64,000 nt of DNA from Heteronotia binoei (taxonomy: Eukaryota). The position numbers and the translations under genes were made by a program. Under the pieces are notes generated by a model. The model searched no databases, was not told where the DNA came from, and saw only the letters and a list, made by a program, of their open reading frames with translations. Positions 1 through 12,168 of the stretch are shown in pieces. The stretch spans positions 20,212,001 through 20,276,000 of the forward strand of contig NC_083223.1 in the NCBI RefSeq assembly GCF_032191835.1. The letters run 5' to 3'. Positions within the stretch are counted from its first letter, which is position 1; the number at the start of each line of letters is the position of its first letter.

Positions 1-345
1 AGGGTCAGCAGAGTGGGGGCACCGAATTCAGTCCCTCCACCCCCCTGTGCCACTGCACAGCCTCACTGCCCCCCTATGCCATGCAGCCTCGCTGCCCTAC
101 CTCTTTCCCCTCGCGGTGCCGCACCAGGCTGCAGCCCGGTAGCAATCCACAGCTCGGGGGTTGGGGATACCTGCCCTATAGGAATCAGTCTCCATAGGGA
201 ATAATGGAGTACTCAGCAGACATATCTCCCCCCCCCACTTTCTGATGACTCTGAAGCGGGGGGAGGGTCTCCAAACCGGGGGACCGCCTGCCCCCACCTG
301 GGGATTGGCAGCCCTAAAAAGGAAACGACAAATCAGAAAAATTAC

Positions 346-459
346 CTATGGGTCCTGGAGGCCCAGTTTGACCTGATGGACCAGGAGGGCCAGGTGGACC
401 TATTCCTGGCACACCGGGAGATCCCTGCAGACCTGGTAATCCAGCAGGACCGGAATCAC
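346..459 (-). CDS. COL4A1: Collagen IV exon (E31-eq, 114 nt) (G)DSGPAGLPGLQGSPGVPGIGPPGPPGPSGQTGPPGPI(G)
   Basis: ttttag acceptor, gtaatt donor, phase 1-1. Confidence 0.93.
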
Positions 460-1357
460 CTAAAATGGAAAATTGAACATTTATCCATCCATTCATACTC
501 AATGGATAGCTTGCCTTTTGGCTTACCGCAATACTCTCCTAAGCCAAATCACACCCTTCTAAGCCCCTTGGCTAGTAGCTCATATATGTAAAAATGCAGA
601 TCAATTCAAAATCCAAGTAATAAAACCATAAAAATCTTAGAAGCGGGAGATGACATTAGCTCTTTCTCAAGTACCCTTTGTCCAAGATCATTAAAGGTTA
701 TCAGGTCATAGCAGGAAAAGTGTCCCACAGTCTTTGACACCCAGTGCCACACAGAAGCATGATAGAAGGATTCACACACAAGTCTAGTCCCAGCAGAGCT
801 TCGTGTAGGCCCTTGAAATTAGATTACTGCGATGCGCTCTGCGTGGGGCTGCCCCTGAAAAGCTTCAGGAACTTCAACTAGTACAGGACGCTGCAGCCAG
901 GATTCCATTCCGGGAGTGGGTTGTCAGGACTGAATCACTGTAGTTTTGGGCCCATCTACACTGGTTCTCAATTGTCTCTGGTCCCAGTTCAAGTTACTGA
1001 CCTTGGGACTAGCAAACCTTGAGGGCGACCTACTCCCATACAAACCTATCTCACTAAGTTCATCTTCTGAGGTTCCACTTTGGCTGCCCTTGCCTTCTGA
1101 GGTTAGGTGGGTGGCAAGTCAAAGACAGGGCCTTCTTGGTTAAGGAGCCAAAATTATTGAACTCCCTCTTCAGGAGTATTCACCTGTCTCCTTCCATCCC
1201 TCTCTTCCACCAGCAAACAAAGACTCTTTTCTGTTTTGTCTGGCATTCCCTTCTCTTTCCTCTCCTATGTCTTAATGGCTGTTTTCCGTGTTTTTACACA
1301 TGTGTCTTAGATGCGGATTAAATTGGCTTTATGGTTTTTTTATAACGTTCATATGAA

Positions 1358-1555
1358 CATATGAAGCTGCCCTATACTGAATCAGACCCTCGGTCCATCA
1401 AAGTCAGTATTGTCTTCTCAGACTGGCAGCGGCTCTCCAGGGTCTCAAGCTGAGGTTTTCCACACCAATTTGCCTGGACTCTTTTTTGGAGATGCCAGGG
1501 ATTGAACCTGGGACCTTCTGCTTCCCAAGCAGATGCTCTACCACTGAGCCACCAT
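1358..1555 (-). mobile_element. tRNA-derived SINE family B (other copies about 58516-58703, 59805-60000, 26275-26406, 50735-50820)
   Basis: GGTGGCTCAGTGGTAGAGCATCTGC head, GGCAGCTTCATATG tail. Confidence 0.8.
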
Positions 1556-1664
1556 CCCTCCCCCACCGTCCCTCCCCTCTGCTTATTTTAATGCTTGGCT
1601 GCTTTGGTGGCTCTGATTGGGCACAAAGGTGGAATGTAATTTTTGGAAATAAATAAATGTATGT

Positions 1665-1798
1665 CAGGGCTTTTTTGTAGCAGGAACTCCTTTGCATATT
1701 AGGCCACACACCCCAGATGTAGCCAATTCTCCAAGAGCTTACAGTAGGCCCTGGAATAAGAGCCCTGTAGGAGTTCCTGCTACAAAAAAAAAGCCCTG
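1665..1798. mobile_element. Palindromic hAT MITE (internally deleted)
   Basis: CAGGGCTTTTTT..AAAAGCCCTG family. Confidence 0.8.
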
Positions 1799-2228
1799 GT
1801 ATAAGTCATAGGTATAGTTGAGGTTCCACCTGGCTGACTTGATCCTTATTTTTTTCTTCTTTCCTTTATATCACCCTATTCATCAGAACTGTCCCCATTA
1901 AGCAATACCCTCATGACTGAGGGATGTTTTCCAGCCCCAGCAAGATGTGGGGCTCAGCCTAGATGAGATGCAACAAAGGCCTGCCCACCAGCTCCTCTTC
2001 CTCTCAGAACAGCCTGTATTTTTGCAAGGCCCAGAGGCTGTTAACACCACAGATTATATTTGTAATTCACTCTTCAGACCTGTGAAATCCATCTACGCTC
2101 TCTTCATAAAATGAAGTATATGGCCAGTCAGTTGACAGGTGGCTTACAAATTTCATCTCATTCACATTTCCACGCAGAGAAAAAAATTACCACAGAGCAA
2201 TTTTAGCCAGTTACAGAAAAGGAGTTAC

Positions 2229-2379
2229 CTTGGAGACCTGGTTGTCCTGGCGCACCCGGGAATCCTTTTTCTCCTATTAATCCAGGCAGCCCTTGATCCC
2301 CTTTTGGTCCAGGAATGCCATCTCGTCCTTTTGGGCCAGGAAACCCTTTCTGACCTGGGAGGCCTACACCAGCGTCACC
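2229..2379 (-). CDS. COL4A1: Collagen IV exon (E30-eq, 151 nt) [21 protein letters not shown]...GQPGLQ(G)
   Basis: gtcaag acceptor, gtaact donor, phase 0-1. Confidence 0.92.
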
Positions 2380-3374
2380 CTTGACATATGAATAATAAGT
2401 CATTGATGATAATGGCAAAATAAAACAGAAGACCAGCCATCATAACATCAGACAAAGGTTTTCAAAGCTACATCCAGTTTCATCCTAATAAGACAGGAAG
2501 ATCAATTAAGCTAAAATTGTAAAAACTGGCTACCGCATGCAACCTCCTCTCCACCCTCTCTGGGTCAACCATTCACTAAGCCGCTATGATGTTATGGAAT
2601 TATGACGAACATTCTAGCTTGTGGGGATGAAGGTACGAGCAACAGAATGAGGACAAGCTCTGGAAACGTCACATGGATCCTAGGAAGGACAGAAGCTACC
2701 GTACTTGAAGTCAGCAGGAAGTGTGTGTGAGGGGGCGGGGCGGGGGTGAAAGCAGGAAGAAAGAGAGTTGTGGGGGCAAATGAGGTAGAATAGCTGAAAG
2801 GGAAAGGATGGAACAGGCCAACAGCATGATATGAAGTGACCTGAGGTAATTATGTACCAAGCAGATACAAGGCAAAGAGGGGAAAGGAGCAACTGGAGAA
2901 AGAACCATGAGGAGAAACTTCATACAAGTCAGCAACAAGAGGCAGCCAAGGGTGCAGGAACACCAAGGTTGCAGGGGAGGTAGAAACTGAATGTCATGTA
3001 CTGATTTGAATTAAAAATCTAAAGGTCTCCAATTGTATGTATGTATTTAAAAACATACTTGATCTTGTCTACTGACTATGTGGCTCCTGAATAATATACA
3101 CCTCATTCTTTGTTTTACCTTGGTTGTGGGATATTCAGATTCTGTTTTAATGTTTACGATATCCTCTATCCCCCCCCCTCCCCTCTGCCTCAGTGAAGTC
3201 CTATGCAGTCATACCTCCCAATCTCACCTATCCACTAATGCTAGGAGAACACAGAGATGTTGCCAGGTGGGATTTCCCACATTATGAGGAACACCTTGAA
3301 GATAAGAGCAGACAAACGTCGGAAATCAAGGTTGCTAGCCTCTGTGGCCAGGCAGGGGTGGTGAGTATCTAAGT

Positions 3375-4252
3375 CAGGGGTGTCAAACTCGTTTGTTATG
3401 AGGGATGGATCTGACATAAATAGGATTTGGTGGAGCCAGGCCATGCATATCACAAAATGTAATGCCAGGTAGTGGAGGTATAAACTTTATAAAGGATACA
3501 GAAAAACACAAAGATATTATTTTTTACTTAAAATAGAAACACGCTTAAAACTCTTGCAATTTTTTGTTTAAAATGGAAAGGCGGGGGAACAGTGGGATTT
3601 GGCAATGCAAGTTTCAAAATAAGACATCAAGAAAAAGCACAAGGATCACAGCAGAAACTAAAAATACAAATCAAAACTATAAAATGCTCTGAGCCCAGGA
3701 AAAACTGAAATGGCTGCGCATTGCAAGTTTCTCCCCCTGCCTCCAGGTCTACTCAGATTGGCAATGGCTCTTCAGTGGATTCCCAGGGTAAAGAACTCAC
3801 TAGACACCAATTCTAAAGTCCATTCAGCAAAGACATGCTGGCTCAAAGCATCAAGCCTTTACCTGCAAGGTCACACAACTCCAGCAAGGCTATATAAACA
3901 ATGGAAAGTGAAACTGAGCTCCACTCCATTAGAACACATTGCAATACAGACAAAGCTGCAAGGAAAACATGGAATGGATTTTCCATTAAGGTCTCTGTGC
4001 CCGGATAAACTACTCCCAAAGCAGTCTATCTGGGGACAGAGACCTTAATGGAAAGTCCATTCCACATTTTATTTGCAGCTTTGCAAGCCCAGAATTGCTT
4101 CCTGTTTCAGCCTGCAAAGACAAGGAAAAAGGATCTGGGAACTTCAGCAGCCTCAGAGCTCCAAAGGGTAAGGACAGGAGGGGGGAGAAAGAAGCTCCTC
4201 AAGACTGACCTGGGCGGGCTGATTCTGACCCGTGGGCCATTGGACAACCCTG
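3375..4252 (+). mobile_element. Non-autonomous hAT element
   Basis: CAGGGGTGTC...GACAACCCTG TIRs, perfect TSD ATCTAAGT. Confidence 0.82.
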
Positions 4253-4324
4253 ATCTAAGTGGTCATTATAGCCAGTCCCAGCAGTTGCCCTTCTCCCAAG
4301 TTAGCCCAAGAAGCTTGCACTTAC

Positions 4325-4422
4325 TTTGGGGCCTTGCAACCCTGGTACTCCAGGTAACCCGGAGGAACCAGGATTGCCCTTCTCCCCAATGGGACCAGGT
4401 GAGCCTTGCTGCCCTGGGAAAC
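4325..4422 (-). CDS. COL4A1: Collagen IV exon (E29-eq, 98 nt) (G)FPGQQGSPGPIGEKGNPGSSGLPGVPGLQGPK
   Basis: ttatag acceptor, gtaagt donor, phase 1-0. Confidence 0.93.
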
Positions 4423-4590
4423 CTATAAAACCAAATCAACACACAATATTGTTAACAGAGCATGCTAAATGCCCACATCTACCCTCCACCCCCGCAAATA
4501 AAATATATTTCGGGGATTGTTTTGATTCGAGGTAGGAGAAAACAAAAGCTAGTGATGACCAGCTTATGAAGATAACTGAATGCTGTTTCT

Positions 4591-4926
4591 TAGAATCACA
4601 GAGTTAGAAGGGACCTCCAGGATCATCTAGTCCAACCCCCTGCACAATGCAGGAAACTCACAAATGCCTCCCCCTAAATTCACAGGATCTTCATTGCAGT
4701 CAGATGGCCTCTGTTTAAAAACCTCCAAGGAAGGAGAGCCCACCACCTCCTGAGGAAGCCTGTTCCACTGAGGAATCGCACTAACGGTCAGGAAGCTCTT
4801 CCTAATGTTGAGCCAGAAACTCTTTTGATTTAATTTCAACCCACTGGTTCTGGTCCTACCTTCTGGGACCACAGAACACAATTCCACACCCTCCTCTATA
4901 TGACAGCCCTTCAAGTACTTGAAGTA
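4591..4926 (-). mobile_element. CR1 LINE 3' fragment
   Basis: FWLNIRKSFLTVSAIPQWNRLPQEVVGSPSLEVFKQR ORF2 C-terminus and 3' UTR. Confidence 0.9.
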
Positions 4927-6287
4927 CTTCTTACGGTAGGCAGTAGAGGTGTGGGTTTATCTTAGCTCTGGATCTGAGCAGCTGGAAGAAATTAGTGAAG
5001 ACTTCCCAGGAGATCAATGTTAGAACTTCTACAGAATGACAGGCAGGACCGTCATTGAGGAGGGGGCGCAAAATTAATGACACCCCCTTATGGGCCCATA
5101 GAATAGAATGAATTGCATACCCAATTCGGTGCCCCCTCTCCAGTGGTGCCCAGGGCAAGCGCCCCCTCTGCTCCCCCCTAGATCCAGCCCTGAGGACAGT
5201 AGAAATCTAACTCCTGCCAACAAAATGTGGTGACAATCTAGAGAAGGCAGAGGCAGGCCTGGCACTTTGTAGAGTTTACTACAAAAAAGGTACTGCCGGG
5301 CTGTCCAGGCTTGGAGGCCTCAGCCTGGATCTTAACTTGGCCTCTTCCTTCCTTGGACAGACTTGGCCAGCAGAAGAGGGAGCCACAGAGGGCTGTTGCC
5401 AGGATTTTAAATTAGATGGGGCCACAGGCAGGATATTTGGTTTACGGGGGGAAGGCTCTCCGTTTCAACTCTTCGAAATGTCCTGTGAACCCCTCTAAAA
5501 AACCCAAATGCCACATTATCCCTTTTATTATCACAAAATTATGCCTGAGCTTTCATCTTCCCCTGCACATTGTATCAGGCTGGATGGTAAGGGGTGGGGA
5601 AGGAGAAAGAAAGGGGTTAAGGAAGTCTTGCCAAGTCCCCCACATCCTCCAGCAGGGGACTTTTTTCACACACGCCATGGAGTTTTCCCTCTCAAATTGC
5701 TGGAGCGTCCAGGAAAACCATAGAGTTTTTCCGGAAACGGCTAGAGTGGCCAGTGTGCGATGTCGCCGGCACGATGATGTCACCCCCAAGTGAGGTCATA
5801 GCGCCAGTGACATCGGAGAAGGTTCCCCCACTCCCCACTGGTCCAATGTGAGCCGGCAGGTTGGGAACCTCCAGGGTGGGAGAAGCCTTAGGGCCCCACC
5901 GTAGCCACAGGCCGGGAGCCACAGCAAGACGGATTCTGCCCGCCAACTGTGACCACCTTCTCCTTCCTTGCTGCGCACCCCACAGCGTATTCATGGCCAG
6001 CCCGTCCAGCTGCAAGGAGAAGGAACTGGAGGGAGGGATGAGAAGGCCCAGGTGAGACGAGCACACCTTTGTACTGCTCCTGCCCACCACCTTCAGTTTG
6101 TCTTTCAAAACAGGTGAGCTATAAATACGGAATGTGAATCGACTTATTTTATGCTCATTGATGGCTGCCTCCATACCACCACTTGTTAAGATCATGATTT
6201 GCAGCAAATGTGGACCACGTGAGACAGCAGTTGCCTCTTGAGATTGTCACAGGTGGAAAGTTAAGTTTTGCTCACCACTTTGCAAAC

Positions 6288-6480
6288 CAGGGCTTTTTTT
6301 GTAGCAGGACCTCCTTTGCATATTAGGCTACACGCCCCCCCCCCCGCCCCGATGTAGCCAATCCTCCAAGAGTTTACAGGGCTCTTCTTACAGGGTCTAC
6401 TGTAAGCTCCAGGAGGATTGGCTACATCAGGGAGGTGTAGCTTAATATGCAAAGGAGTTCCTGCTACAAAAAAAGCCCTG
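6288..6480. mobile_element. Palindromic hAT MITE
   Basis: Near-perfect self-complementary arms. Confidence 0.85.
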
Positions 6481-6919
6481 GTGTAACCTATACCTGGAAC
6501 GGCAAGCAAAATTGCAGTTTTTCTTCTTTGTGAATGATTCCTGTGACACAGACGCAGAGATTCTAAGAGTTCTCCCAGAATTACAGCAGATCTCCAGGTT
6601 ACAAAGATCTCCAGGTTACAAATGGCTGCTCTGTAGGGTGGACTTTCTGCTATTATAACCCTGAGGACATCATACTCTCCTCCCCAAACCCTGCCTTCTC
6701 CAGACTCCACCCCCAAAGATCCAGGAGTTTCCCAACCCTGAGCTGGCAACCCTACACTAGCTGAAAGCAGACATCATCAGGGTCTCTGCAAAGGGAGACA
6801 GCAGCTCTGTGAGTATTGAGGGCAGGGTCTTTTGCTCTAGAACATCCCTCCATTCCCTTCAAAAGATATTCTCTCGACTGGGAAACTCTCTTCAAATGTT
6901 CCAATTACTTTTCATGGCA

Positions 6920-7205
6920 TAGTTTGGTGTAGTGGTTAAATGTGTGAACTCTTATCTGGAAGAGCTGGGTTCTTCCCCACTCCTCCACTTGCAGCTGCTG
7001 GAATGGCCTTGAGTCAGCCATAGCTCTCACAGAGCTGTCCTTGAAAGGGCAGCTTCTGGGAGAGTTCTCTCAGTCCCACCTACTTCACAGGGCGTCTGTT
7101 ATGGGGGAGGAAGGCAAAGGAGATTGTAAGCGGCCCTGAGACTCTGAGATTCGGAGTGGAGGGCAGGGTATGAACCCAATATCTTCATCATCATCATCAT
7201 CATCA
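6920..7205 (+). mobile_element. tRNA-derived SINE family A (CORE-like centre, L2-type tail)
   Basis: AGTTTGGTGTAGTGGTTAA head; GGGCAGGGTATGAA..(TCA)n tail. Confidence 0.85.
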
Positions 7206-7208
7206 TAC

Positions 7209-7313
7209 CTGGAAGTCCTGGAGCACCTGGAAAGCCAATTCCTTGTGGGCCTCTTCCACCTTTTTCACCTGGCAGGCCAGGTCTTCCTGGGATCCCCGCA
7301 TCACCTTTGTCAC
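7209..7313 (-). CDS. COL4A1: Collagen IV exon (E28-eq, 105 nt) (G)DKGDAGIPGRPGLPGEKGGRGPQGIGFPGAPGLP(G)
   Basis: gtacag acceptor, gtatga donor. Confidence 0.92.
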
Positions 7314-7426
7314 CTGTACAGTTCAAAGACAGTAGATCATATTTACTGTTTTTCCTGCAAGCGGAGACTTGTGGGTGGGGTGAAAGCAGTCCCGGACACG
7401 CCTTGCATGGAAATGAGACAAGGTAC

Positions 7427-7519
7427 CTTGGACGCCTGGTAGGCCAGGAGGCCCAGGAACACCGGCTGGCCCTGGAGCACCGTGCAAGAAAATGGCCTGC
7501 CCAGTTTCACCTTTAGGCC
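7427..7519 (-). CDS. COL4A1: Collagen IV exon (E27-eq, 93 nt) (G)PKGETGQAIFLHGAPGPAGVPGPPGLPGVQ(G)
   Basis: ttccag acceptor, gtacct donor. Confidence 0.92.
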
Positions 7520-7624
7520 CTGGAAATGCAAGACAAAGATGCAGCGATTGAATGGGCACATCTTTCCACCCATCTGTAATTCAGAGCAAACCCTGATTCT
7601 CTTCTGAGAAGATGTAGGTGTGAG

Positions 7625-8888
7625 CACGGCAGGCCCTCCCATTAGGCAAATTAGGCATTTGACTAGGGCGCCAGCCCTGGGGAGGGGAGCTGAATTGGGC
7701 ACCCTCCACTCATAGATGCCTTCCCCGCTCTCGTGCTGGCTTCCTCGCTTTCCTGCCACCTTTCTCTCTCTCACGCTGGCTCTCCTGCTGCCTTTCTCCT
7801 GCTTGTCCCTGGCTCTCGTGCTTTCCTGCCGTCTTTCTCCTGTTTGCCCCCGGGTCTCTTGCTTTCCTGCCACCTTTCTCCTGCTTGTCCCTGGCTCTCT
7901 TGCTTTCCTGCTGTCTTTCTCATGCTTGCCCCTGGCTCTCTCACTGTCCTGCCATCTTTCTTCTGCTTGCCCCTGGGTCTCTCGCTTTCCTGCTACCTTT
8001 CTCCTGCTTGCTCCAGCTCTCTCGCTTTCCTGATGCTTTTCTCCTGCTCACCCCAGCTCTCTCGCTTCCCTGATGCCTTTCTCCTGCTTGCTCCAGCTCT
8101 CTCGCTTTCCTGATGCCTTTCTCCTGCTTGCTCCTGCTCTCTCACTACCTGATGCCTTTCTCCTGCTCACCCCAGCTCTCTCGCTTTCCTGATGCCTTTC
8201 TCCTGCTTGCTCCGGCTCTCTCGCTTTCCTGATGCCTTTCTCCTGCTCACCCCAGCTCTCTTGCTTTCCTGATGCCTTTCTCCTGCTTGCTCCAGCTCTC
8301 TCGCTTTCCTGATGCCTTTCTCCTGCTTGCTCCAGCTCTCTCACTTTCCTGATGCCTTTCTCCTGCTTGCTCTGGCTCTCTCGCTTTCCTGATGCCTTTC
8401 TCCTGCTTGCTCCAGCTCTCTCGCTTTCCTGATGCCTTTCTCCTGCTCACCCCAGCTCTCTTGCTTTCCTGATGCCTTTCTCCTGCTTGCTCCAGCTCTC
8501 TCACTTTCCTGATGCCTTTCTCCTGCTTGCTCTGGCTCTCTCGCTTTCCTGATGCCTTTCTCCTGCTTGCTCCAGCTCTCTCGCTTTCCTGATGCCTTTC
8601 TCCTGCTCACCCCAGCTCTCTTGCTTTCCTGATGCCTTTCTCCTGCTTGCTCCAGCTCTCTCACTTTCATGATGCCTTTCTCCTGCTCCCCCCAGCTCTC
8701 TCGCTTTCCTGATGCCTTTCTCCTGCTTGCTCCGGCTCTCTCACTTTTCTGCCGCCTTTCTCCCATTCCCGCCTCCATCTTGCCTTCCTCGCTGTGTGGG
8801 CGGTAGGGTGCAGTGTTTGGGGCAGCGCCGAGGCAGGTAGCAGGCGGTGGGCTTGCCTAGGGTGCTGCACGTCATAGGACTGGCCCTG
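7625..8888 (+). mobile_element. Non-autonomous hAT element containing an expanded minisatellite
   Basis: Perfect 8-bp TSD GGTGTGAG; ends resemble the element at 28467-29197. Confidence 0.82.
7724..8765. repeat. 40-bp minisatellite, about 26 units (CCAGCTCTCTCGCTTTCCTGATGCCTTTCTCCTGCTTGCT)
   Basis: 40-bp periodicity visible in the line columns; variant units recur in 4-5-mer blocks. Confidence 0.95.
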
Positions 8889-9140
8889 GGTGTGAGCCTC
8901 TGTATTCCATGAGTGAGCGGAGGATCCAACTAAACAGATAGAGGGTCAGAATCTCAGCATTTGGTTTTGACTTCCAAGCCCTAGATGATGGGGCTGCTGT
9001 TGTGACTGAGGAAGTCAGGAGGGAGAATGTTTGCGTTTTTCTTTCCAAACCCTCTCCTGATTTACCCCCCAAACACATACACAAAGACACACAGTTGCCG
9101 TTAACTTTGCAATATGCTGCACAGTTTGTTTGGGTCTTAC

Positions 9141-9309
9141 CTGGAAGTCCTGTAGTGCCAGGGAACCCTGAACTACCCTTTTCCCCTTTAGCACCAGTTG
9201 GTCCTGGAATCCCTGATCCGGGATTGCCAGGGAAGCCCCTTTCTCCACGGGGTCCTGGAAACCCACTTGTCCCTGGAGGGCCACGGTCGCCTTTTAAGCC
9301 AATTGTTCC
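9141..9309 (-). CDS. COL4A1: Collagen IV exon (E26-eq, 169 nt) [25 protein letters not shown]...GTTGLP(G)
   Basis: aatcag acceptor, gtaaga donor, phase 0-1. Confidence 0.93.
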
Positions 9310-9499
9310 CTGATTGTAAAGAGACAGGGAAAGAAGTCACTTTCTTCTACATTAGCATTTCATGTGGCCTTCAGACTATACAGAACATTTAATATGCTTC
9401 CATTAGTTCAACTTGGACAGTGGATTTTGGTGCCCCCCTGCAGGATGATTTACTCAGTGTGTTAACAGGCTACAAACAAGGGTTCCAGCAACATCAGAT

Positions 9500-9972
9500 G
9501 CAGGGCTGCCAAGCTCCTGCTGGGCTCAGGGGATCCCCTGCTTTGGCAGCTCCCAACCCGTTGGCAGGGCAAAGCTGCCAGGGGGATCCCCCCCCCCAAG
9601 AGTCCCATCACCATATGCCCAGAAGTGACATAACGCGCGGGGCATGTTGCACGGGGACGCTCTAAGAATTTGTGGGAAACTCTATGGTTTCGCGCGGGGA
9701 CGCTCTAGCAATTTTTTTGGGGGGGAAACTATATAGTATGGAAAACTCTATGGTATGCTTTCGCGTGGGGATGCTCTAGCAATTTGGGAGGGAAACTCTA
9801 TGATACTCTATGATACCATAGAGTTTCCCCCCAAATTGCTAGAGCGTCCCCACGTGAAAACATAGTTTCCCACAAATTCCTAGAGCGTCCCCGTGCAACG
9901 TGCCTGGTGTGATACATCACCAAACAGCAGAAAAGTCCCCTGTCGCCAGCCCTGGAGGACTTGGCAATCCTA
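9500..9972. mobile_element. hAT-Tip100-like non-autonomous element with internal tandem/palindromic GCTCTAGCAATTT..AAACTCTATG repeats (relatives near 163-316, 5660-5880, 34505-34730)
   Basis: AGGGCTGCCA...TGGCAATCCT ends. Confidence 0.6.
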
Positions 9973-10093
9973 ATCAGACTCCTATCTAGGTAACATTTGG
10001 GTAGGACTTCCTGGATATATGTAAATTCTGTTTCTGCAGTTCAGTAATTTGAAATCTCTTGCTATTCACATTTCAGTGGCTGTCCTCTTAGCC

Positions 10094-10782
10094 CAGGGGT
10101 TCTCACTCTTTTTAAGCCTGTGGACACATTTTGAGTTCTGACACAGTGTGGCGGGTTCAGCTATAAAATGCCTGCCGTAACTTACTGTCAGTCACACATG
10201 GGATATTTTTGTGCTATGGCTCTGAAACTTTTTAAAATCTGCAATGGCCAATCTGAAACCCTGACAGCCCACCTGGCCCTATTCACTTTCTAAAAACACT
10301 TGGCGTGTTCCCAGAAAGGTGTCAGCAGGTGCTATGGTGACCATTCAGGGCTTTTTTTAAAAAAAAAAAAAACAGGAATGCATAGGAATGTAGTTCCAGC
10401 TGGCTTTGGTGCCAGAGGGTGTGGTGTAATATGCAAATGAGTTCCTGCTTGACCTTTTCGATTAAAAAGCCCTGTATGAAACAATGGTGCCATCAAGGGG
10501 GTGTGGCCTAATATGTAGATGAGTTCCTGCAGGGCTTTTCCTACAGAATAAACCCTGTGCCCACGGACACCACCAGGGCTTTTTGGGTAGCAGCCGCAGG
10601 AACTCCTTTGCATATTAGGCCACACTCCCTGATGTAGCCAATGCTCCAAAAGCTTACAAGTATCTTAGTATAGAGCCTACTGTAAGCTCCAGGAGGATTG
10701 GCTACAGCAGGGGTGTGTGGCCTGATATGCAAAAGAGTTCCTGCTCCAAAAAAAGCCCTGGACACCACGTTGGAGACCCCTG
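10094..10782 (+). mobile_element. hAT element with two nested MITEs (about 10346-10557 and 10574-10760)
   Basis: CAGGGGTTCTC...GAGACCCCTG TIRs; inner TSD GACACCAC perfect. Confidence 0.75.
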
Positions 10783-10942
10783 GTCTCAGCACAACGCAAG
10801 AAAGAGGACCAGTGGCTGTTTCTGCACACAGACATATTAGGAGTATTTGCTCACTTAGTCAGACTGGAAACCAAGGCATGACATGTCCTATGATTTCATC
10901 CTGGCAAAGAGTGGAAGGTGGCCGGCCCTTAATTCTGAAGGG

Positions 10943-11132
10943 CAGGGCTTTTGTTGTAGGAAAAGCTCAGCAGGAACTCATTTGCATATTAGGCCACACA
11001 CCCCTGACATCGCCATTGTTTCACATAGGACTTTTTTGTAGGAAAAGCCCAGCAAGAACTTATTTGCATATTAGGCCACACCCCCTGACACCAAGCCAGC
11101 CGGAACTGTGTTCCTGCTCAAAAAAAGCCCTG
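10943..11132 (+). mobile_element. Asymmetric hAT MITE built from two tandem half-arms
   Basis: CAGGGCTTTT..AAAAGCCCTG, TSD CTGAAGGG/CTGAAGGA. Confidence 0.78.
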
Positions 11133-11897
11133 CTGAAGGAAAAAGAACAGAAGCCAGAGATACCAAACAGGGAACTCCACAAGACAAGTTTTCAACGGAA
11201 CTGTGAAACTGAGGCCTCTGGTGGTGACGGAGGTGTTCTGCAGCTACTGGAAGTCACAAACTGGGTGAAAGTTAAACGTGACATCAGGGGCTACAGCACT
11301 CCTAGCCAAATGCCTTTCGGCACTATTACAAACAACTAAAAAATACAAAGTCACACCTCCAAATTAAAAACCACTTTCCAAGAAGGAACACATTTCTTTC
11401 CAGTGTACTTATTGTTCATTTTGCCTTTTTGTATTAACCCTCCAGTGCACAGGGAGAGTGGAAACACCATCCCCCTCCCCACACATTTAAAAACCCTTCC
11501 CTGGGGGGGTGGGGGACAAGCAGCAGTCATGGTATTTTAAAAAAATTGCCTTTCCACGTCCATGTTTTAGTGCATCGTTTTTTTAAAAAATTAAAAGGAT
11601 CCCATTATCTTATAAGGAAATGTTTTCCTGCCTTTGACTCCCCCCTCCCTTTCCTGTCTGACCCCATAATTTACAGTACTGGAAAGCTGAGCCCCATCAG
11701 CCATTGCATTTTTAAAAAAAATGTCTTTCATGCAGTGTTTTTTTTTTAAGCAACAAGAGGATCCCATTGCCTTATAAGAAAATATTTTTTATCCTTCAAA
11801 TTTCACCCTTTCTGCCTGACACCATGATTTAGAAGAAGAAGATAGAAGAAGATTTACAGTAATGACCTCCATTTTTCACCCTTCCTTCTTTTGAAAA

Positions 11898-12168
11898 AAG
11901 AAGAAGAAGAGGAGGAGGTTGGTTTTATATCCTACCCTTCACTCAGAGCGGCTTACAGTCTCCTTCCCTTCCCCTTTCCACAACAGACACCCTGTGAGGT
12001 AAGTGGGGCTGGGAGAACTCTGACAGAAACTGCTCTTGAGAGAGCAGCTCTGAGAGAACTGCGGCTTGCCAAAGGTCACATCAGCAGGTGCACGTGGAGG
12101 AGTGGGGAATCAAACCCGGCTTTCTCAGATTAGAGCCCGTCCTCTTAACCACTACACCAAACTGGCTC
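11898..12168 (-). mobile_element. SINE family A
   Basis: Reverse-complement match to the other copies. Confidence 0.85.

Noticed and set aside
7716-8870. Many 60-176-aa ORFs on both strands; CRISPR-like appearance
   Set aside because: These are translations of a 40-bp minisatellite (unit not divisible by 3). Repeats are contiguous with no unique spacers and no cas genes.
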